From: Eledone cirrhosa
Taxonomy: Eukaryota
Reading direction: 5' to 3'
Assembly (NCBI GenBank): GCA_964016885.1
Contig: OZ024742.1
Span: 291,896,001 to 291,960,000 of the forward strand
DNA length: 64,000 nt
Part shown: in pieces, positions 43,280 to 54,866 of the stretch
Position numbering within the stretch: position 1 is the stretch's first letter
How the letters are laid out: each line of letters starts with the position of its first letter
Program-made: the position numbers and the translations under genes
Notes under the pieces: generated by a model
Database searches by the model: none
What the model saw: only the letters and a program-made list of their open reading frames with translations
What the model was told of the DNA's origin: nothing

Positions 43280-43338
43280 AATATATATATTTATATAAAT
43301 ATATATATATATATAAATATATATATTTATATATATAT

Positions 43339-43387
<49 letters not shown>

Positions 43388-43391
<4 letters not shown>

Positions 43392-43644
43392 GGAGGTGAG
43401 TTTTATTGTAGTACAATAAAGCAATGCAGATATCGGATAAGAAGCACTCTACAGTTTGTGGGACTGGAGTATGCATAATATAAGATCAAAAGATGGTTAA
43501 AGGAGTTCAATATATTTTATTATGCGCATTTCAAAAACAAACATCATCAAACAATAATATTTGTGTTTTCATCAGATAAAACAGGAGAACATGATATGAA
43601 GGCTAAAAAAACACTTGTTGATAGTGCAGTTTTAAATCAACATA
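43388..43644 (-). mobile_element. Second copy of the ~250-bp hammerhead element (hammerhead at 43514-43582)
   Basis: Reverse complement of 28713-28965 with a few substitutions/indels; core CTGATGA...GAAATGCGCATA retained. Confidence 0.75.
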
Positions 43645-43743
43645 TATTATATTGTATGTAATTATATTGTATTGATTTTTATTATATTGTATGTAATTAT
43701 ATTGTATTGATTTTTATACATTATATATATAAATATATATATT

Positions 43744-43791
<48 letters not shown>

Positions 43792-43811
43792 AATATATAT
43801 ATTTATATATA

Positions 43812-45897
43812 TAATGTATAAAAATCAATACAATATAATTACCTCATACCAGAGGTTTTCCCGAATGAGACGAATACGAAATAAACGACTTCATTCGTTC
43901 GTCAGACGAGGCAATATAAAACATGGGCAAATACTTAGAAAAACACATCAAGAAAATCAAAAAAAGATATAGATAAATGAAATAGAAATTGAAATATATA
44001 AAAATCTATCAAGAAATATAGTTAGGTGTGTGTATATGTATGTATATACGGTCACAGATGTGCATATATGTATATGCGCACATGTATATGTATAGTGAGA
44101 AAGTGTACGTAATTCTAAAATTTAGGGCAAATGTATCTATATGTCTGTATTATACAGACAGAAATGGTTACATCGTAAATATATGAATATGAAGGCGCGC
44201 GCACAAAACGCCTGGACACTCGTACACTTAGATGTGGAAAGAAAGGAGGTAAGGGAGTGTAATAATCAAAAGAAAAGGGTCAGTCTCGATATATTTATAA
44301 AAATATAATAACGATAAATTAGAAAGAAAAGATATTAGAAAGAAAAAATTAAAGAAAACAAAAAAAGGGGGTACATACATACATACACAGACACGCGTGT
44401 CTCACAAAAGAAATGTAAAAATAATTATGTTTATATACACACGCGCACTTACACATCCATACGTTCGATACGTACATACACACACACACACACATACTTA
44501 TACTCACGCATATAAACCTGTTTGCATGCCCATGTATGAAACTGAGTAAGTAAAAAAAAGGAAAGGGGGGGGAGAAGAAAAAAGGAACAAAACATAAAAC
44601 CGAGATGTCAAAAACACGGATATAAAGACACGTACACATACGCATAATATATACATACACACACACACAAACACCTGTACACACACATATATATATATAT
44701 ATACATATACATACACGCACGCGCGCGCACACACGTAGTCACTCATGTACATATATAAAAAGTATACACACATTAAGGCGTTCAGCCATATTGATACAGG
44801 GTGTAAAAAACTTGTGGATAAATAAGTACAAATATAAAATTGTAAGATAGGCTGCGCAAAAATAAAATAAAAATAAAAATGAAAAATATATCTGGATTGA
44901 AAAACACAAAAGACAAGTGTAATCAGTTAGTCGAGGAAAAAGGGAAGTAAAAGAAGGGGAAGTAAAACATAGAAAATAGAAAGTGGATCGGAGAATAAAG
45001 GGGCGGGGGATGTGAAGTAAAAATAAAAGTGAAAATAAATGAAATTATTGACAAGGATAAAAATGAAAGTAAGTCAGAAAGGGTAATTAAAAAGAGAATA
45101 ATAAGAGTTTATGGAGGATAAGTATCTGAAAGTGTGTTAAGTTTATATGAGCTGGAAAGCAGGTGTGATTTCATGTGTGGGCAACTGGTGAAAATTTCCG
45201 TCTTTGTGTTCAGGCAGGTCTTTGGTGATTTAAGATTTTGCAATATCCAAAATTTTTCATTTATGCAGAGCGTGCATTTTCTTGTTCCTCTAGCATATTT
45301 TTTAGATTGGTTCAAAATTGACCAATCTAATTTATATTGGATGCCTTGGTCTTTCAAATTCCAAATTCTGCTAGCCAGAGCTGTTGTAAATCTTTTTTCC
45401 GGATGTCGAAAGGATGCGACATGTGAGTAATAACGCGTTTTGAATCTGTCTTGCGTCATACCCACATATCGTTCACTGGTGGCTGGATGGTTGTTGCTGA
45501 TGGTTGTCACTTTAGCCGCATATACAATGGCTTTGGTGTTGCATTTACCTTGTAATGGGCATTCACTTTTGATTCTACAGGAGCAAGTTTGAATTTCTCT
45601 AGGTGATATTTTGTTGAGGATATAGGACTTAATAGGGGGACCGCAGGAATAGCTAATTTTAACACAGTTTCTGTTAAAGATCTTATAGTATCTATGTGTT
45701 CTAGGGAAATGTTTGTCTAGGAGTTCTAGGAATTTTTTGCCTACATTAGTTTTAAGTGCTAGAGAGTAGGGGGGTGTGAACCAGATTATTTTTCTTTTCC
45801 TATTTTTATGTTTAATAGAGTTAGTGTAGTTAGGTATGTATTTAATCGGTTCGTTAAAGCCGCTATTTTGGAGGGCTTTATTATAGTAGGGGGATGC
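43812..45897 (-). mobile_element. Penelope-like element family 2, 5'-truncated
   Basis: Minus frame ending at 45109: IIWFTPPYS...HFPRTHRYYKIFNRN...CSCRIKSECPLQGKC..AIVY...YVGMT...KCTLCINEK...CPH; ~1.3-kb 3' region ending in a hammerhead-like fold. Confidence 0.88.
43838..43915 (-). ncRNA. Degenerate hammerhead at the 3' end of PLE family 2
   Basis: ATTGCCTCGT-CTGACGA-A-CGAATGA..TCATTCG-G-GAAA-ACCTCTGGT-ATGAGGTAAT; 10-bp stem I, but the UH cleavage site appears deleted. Confidence 0.55.
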
Positions 45898-45950
45898 CTT
45901 ATATATATATATATATTTATATGCCTTATATATATATATATATTTATATA

Positions 45951-46081
<131 letters not shown>

Positions 46082-46223
46082 ATACATATACATGGAAAGT
46101 TATATTTAAATTGTTGGGTTAACAACGAGTAAATATTTATAACTGATATAAAAGCACTCAACAAGTATTTGGAGTATATTTATGATATTAAATAAATGGA
46201 AACTATATTTATAAAACCATATT

Positions 46224-46289
46224 TATTTCGTTATATATATTTCAGGGATATCATATTAACAATATGTTATGCCATCTTCAGACAAAATA
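46224..46289 (-). ncRNA. Minimal type-I hammerhead ribozyme (PLE pseudo-LTR)
   Basis: TATTTTGT-CTGAAGA-stem II-GAAA-TATATA-T-A-ACGAAATA; G-C pair replaces the G.U seen in other copies. Confidence 0.78.
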
Positions 46290-47733
46290 CAATATAAACA
46301 GTCTTATAAATAAATAGATACGACATACCTTTCAATCACCTTGCATTTGTGAGGTTGATTTGTCAGTAAAAAATATTGTGGACAGTTGTAAAAAGAAAGA
46401 GATAAAGAGAGAAAGAAAGAGAAACGAAGAAAAAGAAGAAATGTATGTGACTAAATAGAGGGATATAGAAAGATAGATAAAGAGAAGAACTTCATGTAAA
46501 GAAACAGAGAGAAATATATATAGAGAGAGGAAAAAAGAAAGAGATAGATAGAGATAGATAGAGAAATTAGGAAGTTGAGTATCGGTTGATACATTTATTT
46601 ATTTATTTATTTATTTATTTAGCTCTAGTATTAATGTAAAGAGAGATGTATGTAGTTAAGAGAGAAAATAGCCGTTATATAGAGAGAAAAAAGAGAAAAT
46701 GAAAAAGAGAAAATGAAACATAACCAGACATAAACGATGCAGAATTTAAAACCGCTATGTTTTATCCGTAGAAAATATTAGTTCGTATAAAACAGGCATT
46801 ATAATGTAAATATCAGTATTCATGAATGAGACATGGTATCTATAATGTGTGAGAAGTAATGATCTTATGTCTAGTTTTTAAAAATTCATATGTTTATATC
46901 ATAATTATAAACAAACTCCCAATTCACACGAAAACATTCTCATTGTGCTATAAAAATTCAAGTATACATATATGTGTATATATACACATATAAATAGAGT
47001 CTATATTAATTTTAACAATACTATTCTTGTCTTTATTCTACATGATTGTCGATCAAGCAGAAATAGAGAACAGATTTCAATATATTAATAAAAATAAATA
47101 TAAATAAAAATAAAAATATCAGAGACAAGAAAATAAATAAATAAACAGAAAACTAAAACATTTAATATTAAAAATAAAAAATATTAAAAAATATTAAAAA
47201 ATATTAAAAAATAATACAAATAAAACACAGAGATCAGCCTTTCAAAGTTAATTGACAATATATTGCCAAGATCATCATAAGCATCAGAGTCGAAACAGAT
47301 AAAACAAAAATTGTTTACCAAATCCTGTCTAGCAGAAATCATTCCAAAAGTTTAGGATACCCATTTGGTCTACATATGTTCTTATATATAATATAGAAGT
47401 TTATCTAGTTTAAAATTTAATTCGATATATTTGGAGCATCAGCTTATAGGGTAGTTTAATTATTCATGAAGAATGTTTTAATAAAAAGAATGTTTTAATA
47501 AAAAGAAGAAATCGAAAGATTTATCGGCTAGTTTCATAAATAATTACAAATCAAATCAAAACAAACATAACTACATTTTAAATTTAAATTTATATTTAAA
47601 CGTTGAGTTCAATCTATGTCTGCAGCAACTGAATAAATTTGTCCGTAGATTAAGGGAATTTTTAGATTTTAGTATACATTTTCCATGTATCTTGCTCCAA
47701 TACTGTTGAGCGCTTTATATTATAACTGAAAAA

Positions 47734-49839
47734 ATGGAATTCTTTAAGATTACTTCCTCTTTAAAAGACATACCTCTACCTAGAAACAAAGACTTTATAA
47801 AACAATTAATAGATAAATCTGACTCTTTTATAAGGAGAATCAGGTGGCGAGCATTCCACTTTGATAAATCTAATATAAATGAAAATGTCTCGGACTTAAA
47901 CAAAGTTTTCAAATCCAAAAGAAATCCACCCCCCAACAAACTTTTATCTGACTTTGAAAACGATATAATTTCTATCATACAAGGAGTCAAATTTAAGAGA
48001 AACTTCAAAGGCCAGGAATATCTGAAAGGCATTAGGGATAATATTGAGAACTTGGAAAAAACTGAGAAGATCTTGGTAAAATCTGACAAGACCAACAACC
48101 TCTATGGAGTGCAGAAAGACATGTATAATGGCCTCATACTAAAAGAACTGAGGAAAAAGTACAAGGTAGCAGATAAGGCCGAGCTAGAGAAAATGAATGT
48201 TGAGGCATCTTGTATAATGCACGAGTTGGAAATCGAGAACAGAACACAACCTTTCGTGCCCAGGAAACCGAAGATCAATATGACAGATCATAAGAGAAAT
48301 TTCGAGAATGACTTGCCAGTCAGATTGATTGCACCATCAAAATCGGACCTGGGTAAACTAAGCAAAAACATTCTTGACAGGGTGATACAGCAAATTAAAA
48401 ACATGAGTTGTTTACCTAACCTGAACTTGTGGAAGGGAACTGGTGAGGTTGTTGAGTGGTTTAAGCAAATTAAATATAACAATAATAATAAGTTTATTCA
48501 ACTTGATATTACTAACTATTATTCTTCCATTACCCCTAATCTACTAAATAAGGCACTAAATTACGCATTCAAACATACAGACCTAACTAGCAATGAAATG
48601 CACATTATATTATCGGCTAGGAAAACATTGATAGAATTTAATGACCAACTATGGACCCGAGCAGATAGAGATAACAATTTTGACATTACTATGGGATCAT
48701 CCGACTCAGCTCAGGTAACTGACCTTGTGGGCTTATTTTTAATCAATTCGCTGCATAGGAAAATACCTGGTACTACCGGAGGTTTATATAGAGATGACAT
48801 GCTTTTACTTATTGATAATAATAACTCTGAACTAAATAGGAAAAGAAAACAAATTACACAATTTTTTAATCACTTTAATCTAAAAATAGAAATTGAGAAT
48901 AACCATAGAATAGTCAACTTCCTAGATATAACATTAAATCTCAACACATGTCTTCACTATCCATTTCACAAGTTGAATGAAAACTTAAACTATGTCAGCT
49001 TTAACTCTAACCACCCCAAATCTGTTAAAAATACTATAGTAAACTCTGTTCAATCACGTATCTCTAGAATCTCATCTAATAAAAAGATTTTCGGCGAAAA
49101 AGCCCATTATTACAATGAAGCGTTAGCTAGAGCAGGATATAGTGATAAAATTAGGTACATAGATAATGATAAACAAATTAAACAAAATAACAACTATTTT
49201 AATTATGGCCACAACCTTAACAACTATAATAGAAAGCATTACAATAATTCCAAAAGCCATAAAAGAAATAGAACTAGGAATATAATATGGTTTGCCCCCC
49301 CTTTCTCACTAAACATTAAAACCCACATTGCTAAACTATTTTTTAAAGCTCTCGATAATCGCTTCCCTAGAACACATAGGTATCACTCAATTTTCAATAG
49401 ACATACTATAAAACTAACCTACTCATCCACCAAAAATTTAGCGCAAAATATTAATAGAATAAATAACAGGAACTTAAAACCTAGCGATAATACCATAAAT
49501 AATATCCAAGTTAACAAATGTAACTGTAGAGATAGATCTAAATGTCCGTTAAATAACAACTGCTTAGTTAAAACGGACATTAATTCTTTTAACTACGTTG
49601 GTTCTACATCGACGGAATTTAAACTTCGCTATAACAACCACAAGAATTCTTTCACAGATCCATCCAAAAAATCTTCAACAGCACTATCAGGCGTACTCTG
49701 GCAACTTAGGCATGATAACGTTAGATATTCGACGACTTGGAATATAGTTTCAAGGGGGATTCCTTTTAATTCATCCTCTGAGACATGTGACCTCTGTGCG
49801 GAGGAGATATTCTTTATACTAAAATCTAAAAATTCCCTT
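47734..49839 (+). CDS. Penelope-like RT + GIY-YIG endonuclease (Hydra-clade-like), C-terminus truncated
   Basis: Motifs KSDKT, VRLI, LDITNYYSSI, ITMGS, LYRDD, VNFLDITL, SNHP, IIWFAPPFS, CNCRDRSKCPLNNNC, YVG, CDLCAEE. ORF-track residues after 49839 are antisense RTE read-through. Confidence 0.9.
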
Positions 49840-51121
49840 GCGGTGGGGGGGGGGGGCATATTGTTTATATGCTTCAGCATGTACCCATGGGAGGTCGGGT
49901 ACCCTGTATTACTGCGTGACGCCAGAAGTCACGGTCGTGTGTCATTGACTTTGAGAGGTGTAGTTGGGTAAGGTCGGCTTTTATCACCTCATCCCAAGTC
50001 ATCTTGGGTCTCCCCACTCCGCGGTTTCCATCAACTTCTAGTGCTCTGCACCTTTTTATGCAGCTGTCATCCTTCATACGCATCACATGTCCATACCAGC
50101 GTAACCGCCTCTCCTGCACGCAGCATTTGATTCCTCTTATGCTCAGTCTCTCTCTCAATTCATTTATGCTTTGTCGTTCACGTATATTACTGTTACACAT
50201 CCATCGGAGCATGCAGGCTTCGTTTCTCTCTAATCTACGTAAGTCTTCCACCTTCAGCGCCCAGGTCTCATTACCATGCAACATCGCTGTTCGGATACAC
50301 GCATCATACAGTCTGCCTTTCATTCTGAGGGAGAAGCCTTTTGCAGCTAGCAGTGGTAGTAGTTCCCTAAACTTCTTCCATCCCGTTCTTACCCTAGTTA
50401 TTGTACTTTCTGAGCACCCACCTCCGTTGCTAATTCGGTCACCTAGGTAGCAGAAGCTGTCTACTGTTTCTACAGGGCCCTCCCAGAGATTGGTGGTACT
50501 TGTTTCCTGTGGCTGTTTGCTTGCTGTTTCAGCACAGCTGCTGCATGTGAATCCTACATTCTTAATTAAGCTTCCTGAGATCCCGCTACATCTCTTGTGT
50601 ACCCATTGTTTGCATTTGGGGCAAAGAATGGAGTTCCTACCTACACCTTTCCTACATACTGAGCAAGGCCATTTCCCTGAGGGGATCTGGGTTCTGTTTT
50701 CTCGTCTACTTATAAGGACCTTAGTCTTTGTCATATTGACTTTGAGGCCCTTTCTCTCTAGTCCCTGCTTCCAGGTTTGGAATTTATTCTCTAGTTCTAC
50801 CATAGATTCAGCTATGAGTGCGAGGTCATCAGCATACAGGAGTTCCCATGGGCATCCGGTCTTAAACTCCTCCGTTATTGCCTGCAGGACTATGATGAAC
50901 AGGAGAGGGCTAAGAACAGAGCCCTGGTGGACCCCAACCTGTACGCTAAATTCCTCGCTATACTCATTGCCAATCCTAACTTTGCTGACTGCTCCCCTAT
51001 ACATGGCTTGTACCGCTTTCACAAGCCATTCATCTACTCCTAGTTTTCTAAGAGCCCACCAGATTACTGCACGTGGAACTCTGTCAAAGGCTTTCTCAAG
51101 GTCGACAAATGCCAAGTAGAG
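49836..51121 (-). mobile_element. RTE LINE subfamily A, 5'-truncated, 3'UTR mostly deleted
   Basis: ORF 49874-51115 with FVDLEKAFD and YADD; near-identical to 32718-33866. Confidence 0.93.
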
Positions 51122-51232
51122 TATTTATATATATATATTTATATATATATATATTTATATATAAATATAAATATATATATTTATATATATATATATATAT
51201 ATAAATATATATATTTATATTTATATATATAA

Positions 51233-51270
<38 letters not shown>

Positions 51271-51781
51271 TTATAATAACTACTACAACTGACTAACAAA
51301 CTATCCTCTTGCATTATCTACGTTAACTGCCGATGTTGTATTTTAATTTTAATTTTGCTTTGATTCTGTTTTAATATAATTTTAATTTTTGAATATAAAT
51401 TGCCATTCAGAAATAATATAACATATGTCACCCCACTGTACATCAATTTTATACATATGTACCTGTATGTCTCTTGCGTTGGAACGGAGGTCATGTATGT
51501 ATACAAACATTGAAAAATACTCCGAAGACTCCAAGCCTCGGTTTGGATGAAACAATTCTAAGCTAATAAATGGTTTGAACATAACTTTGATTCCTTTGAA
51601 TTCTATATAACTGCTCTGTCGAACAACTGATGTTATTACATTGAGCTATTTATGTTACTGGTAATAAGGTAGTAATAAATTACTGTCTTTCACTGTTTAG
51701 GGTTTAAAATATATATAACTATAAAAAGTTTTAGTATATACATAACCATAAATAGTATCCTTAATACTATATATATTTATA

Positions 51782-51826
<45 letters not shown>

Positions 51827-51931
51827 TTATATATACATATTTATATATTTATATATATATTTATATATACATATTTATATATATATATATTTATATATTT
51901 ATATATATATTTATATATTTATATATATATT

Positions 51932-51963
<32 letters not shown>

Positions 51964-52019
51964 TATATTTATATATTTATATATACACACAGACACATAT
52001 ATATATACACATATCCAGC

Positions 52020-52280
52020 GAATTTTCAACTGTCAAGATTGTTTTCCATGGTTATGTCACTATTTATAAAACAAATTTTGTATTTTATCTGATGAAAGCA
52101 CACCAAGATGGGCTTGGTCGCCCTTGAAATATATATAATTAAATAATTATGGTTTTATAAATATAGTTTCCATTTATTAATATATTGAATATTTACTCCA
52201 GTATCGTGTTGAGTGCTTTATATCAGTTATAAACTTTTAAGTTTGTTGGAATCCCAACAAATTAAATATAACTTCTACAT
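52020..52280 (+). mobile_element. Diverged Penelope pseudo-LTR/3' terminus fragment
   Basis: Homologous to about 20110-20367 (TATGGTTTTATAAATATAGTTTCCATTT...GAGTGCTTTATATCAGTTATAAA...CCCAACAA). Confidence 0.75.
52081..52145 (+). ncRNA. Minimal type-I hammerhead ribozyme (diverged PLE subfamily)
   Basis: TATTTTAT-CTGATGA-AAG..CCAAG(ATGGG)CTTGG..CTT-GAAA-TATATA-T-A-ATTAAATA; compensatory changes relative to 20171. Confidence 0.8.
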
Positions 52281-52291
52281 ATATATACACA

Positions 52292-52332
<41 letters not shown>

Positions 52333-52335
52333 TAT

Positions 52336-52661
52336 GGAGGCACATGGCTTACTCGTTAGAGCATTGGCCTTGCAATCGAAGGGTTGTGAGTTCAATTCTC
52401 AGACCGGGTGATGTGTTGTTTCCTTGAGCAAGACACTTTATTTCACATTGCTCCAGTTTACTCAGCTGTTGAAATGAGATGATAGGGACTGGGGTCCATA
52501 TCATTCCACTGCAAAGTGGTCGTGGAGGTGCCACAGCAAAAAAGCACCCAGTACTCACTGTAAATGAGGTTGGTGTTAGGAAGGGCATCCAGCTGTAGAA
52601 ATCAACCCAGAATCAGTTCCTGTCCCACCTTTGAAAGCAGGGAAAAAGCGGACGTAAAATG
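52336..52661 (+). mobile_element. tRNA-derived SINE family 1
   Basis: GGAGGCACATGGCTT head, B box, CORE-like block, RTE-type tail. Confidence 0.85.
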
Positions 52662-54075
52662 AAAAAATATAATCATCATCATCACCGTTTTACGTCCGTT
52701 CTTCCATGCTAGCACAGGTCAGACGCAGTGTCCGGTCGGCTGACCTTGTCTTGCTCATACGGGAACTGATTGATGATGATTTATATATATATATATATTA
52801 TATATATATATACGGAGTAACAAATAATAGTTATGTGCAGTCCATATATATTTATATATTTATTACTACTTCATATAGTAGCCTGTATATTCCTTTCATG
52901 CCTGTATATTCTCTTCATTCTCGCAAGCTCCGATGAACTGACTGGTTATAATTTTGTATTGGCGATCGAGTAACGCGAAAACAAACGGATAGCGATCTCT
53001 AGACCTACCAGTTCAGAGAAACAATTGACAGCAATGAGATTAAAAACCTTTTTTGTATAGCAAACCGTGTCACTCTTCTTTCCTGATATATATATATATA
53101 TATATATATTTATTGCTCTACGGTTCTTATATATTTGATATATATTTATCCTTATCGAGCCCTCTTTGGATTTTAGTCTTCAAATTTATTATTATTACTA
53201 TATATATATATATATATATAGGCCATAGGTTGTGGGGAAAATCACAAAAGGAGAGAGGATGATATTTAATATTTCATTTTAAATAATTATTAATAATTCT
53301 AACACGTTTCAATACACCAAAATGTTTTTGGCCTATGAAGTCTGAATTGCTGTGCAATTAATTACTTCAAATTGTATCATGAGATATTGTTGCTTTAACT
53401 CTTCAGATTTATATGTACACATATATATACTGTACATACTCATGTATAAGCCGAGAAATATGTAGGAAAAAATCAATAAAATGGGGATGTTTGTGTCTGT
53501 CTGTGTGTGCGTGTGTATATATACAGAGAAAGGGAGAGGGGAAGGTATGTATACACACATACACACACATATTGAAGAGATTTAGATGATCATATCAACC
53601 CTGGTACTTATTTTTTCAATTTTAGTGCATATTTTACCAAACTCAATTTTGTCAAACTACTAAGTTACTCGATATAAATATGAAAACATGTGTAAAAGCC
53701 CCCCCCCCCCCACATACACACACAACAAGCTTCTGCAGTTTCTGTCCATCAAATTCCATTCCCAAGGTATTTGTCAGCATGAGACTGTAGAAAGTTGCCA
53801 CACAGTGAAACTGAATCCAGAACCATGCAAAACCAACTTCTTAACCACACAGCCATGCCTTGCACCTATTTATTGTCATTTGATATATAGCAGTACGCTG
53901 TTTAATTTCATTGGGGATTATATAGAGTGGAAAAGACTCTTCAGTTTGGCCTAACATGTGACAACCTATTTTCTCCTGGTTTCATGATGAAATGTACTTA
54001 GTACACTGGTTGGCATCCAGCCATAGAAACCATACCATATATAGAACATAGAACAAGCAAGATGGGTTGCTTTAA

Positions 54076-54283
54076 CCCTTTAGCATTTACATTACTCTAT
54101 ATATACTATTATATGTTCATGGTAAAGGCTTTACCTCACATAACATCAAATCTATGAGATTTTTATATTAATTATTTTGTGAACAATACCTTAACATGAG
54201 CATGAATGGCCGGTTACAGCCAGTTTGAACAAAAAGTTTTGGGAGAATTCTGGCTGGATATGGCTGGTTTAAATGCTAAAGGG
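54076..54283 (+). mobile_element. piggyBac-type MITE
   Basis: TTAA target duplication (54072-54075, 54284-54287) and perfect 14-bp TIR CCCTTTAGCATTTA/TAAATGCTAAAGGG. Confidence 0.85.
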
Positions 54284-54639
54284 TTAAACTGTCTAGTCTC
54301 AGACTGTGGCATCTCATACAAACCATGTCAGCATGGAAAGTGGATATAAACAAATGATGATGATGATTTAATAAAAATGGAGTTTGTCTTTCCCTTTCTA
54401 TGACATAATTTTTCCATTTCATAGAAATCAGATTAATAATTACTATTTAGAAACTCATTATAAATCTGCTTCGGTGCATCAACAATTTAATTACAAGAAA
54501 CTGGCTTGCAAGACTGGATTACATTTTTGGAGCAATTAATTTATAATTTAATCATTTTTATTTTAAGAATTATCAGTGTTAACTTCATTATCAATGATTT
54601 TAAGATTTCTAGAAGAAATTGTCAGTTCAAATATTCTTG

Positions 54640-54866
54640 ACTTTGGTAATTCTCTCACCTTTGACCTTTCTACTTTGGTAAACTTCTCACTTCTCACCTT
54701 TTTACTTTGGTAAATTTCTCGCCTCTAACCTTCCTTCTTTGGTAAACTTTGACCTTTAACCTTTCTACTTTGGTAAACTTCTCACCCTTGACCTTTGACC
54801 TTTGGTAAACTTCTCACCTCAGGCCTTCCTACTTTGGTAAACTTCTCACCTTTGGCCTTCCTACTA
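54640..54866. repeat. ~30-bp minisatellite, about 7 imperfect units
   Basis: Repeated CTTTGGTAAACTTCTCACCTTTGACCTT(T/C)CTA. Confidence 0.8.

Larger units (their letters stand above)
46093..49839 (+). mobile_element. Penelope-like element family 1 with ~1.6-kb inverted 3' region upstream; own 3' end lost
   Basis: 46093-47675 is a diverged reverse complement of about 18715-20367; forward part 47676-49839 carries the RT-EN ORF. Confidence 0.9.

Noticed and set aside
49840-49971. C-terminal extension of the Penelope ORF
   Set aside because: It is read-through into antisense RTE-A sequence after a deletion junction.
52336-52410. tRNA gene
   Set aside because: The tRNA-like head continues into a SINE body and RTE tail; the same applies to the other A/B-box hits.
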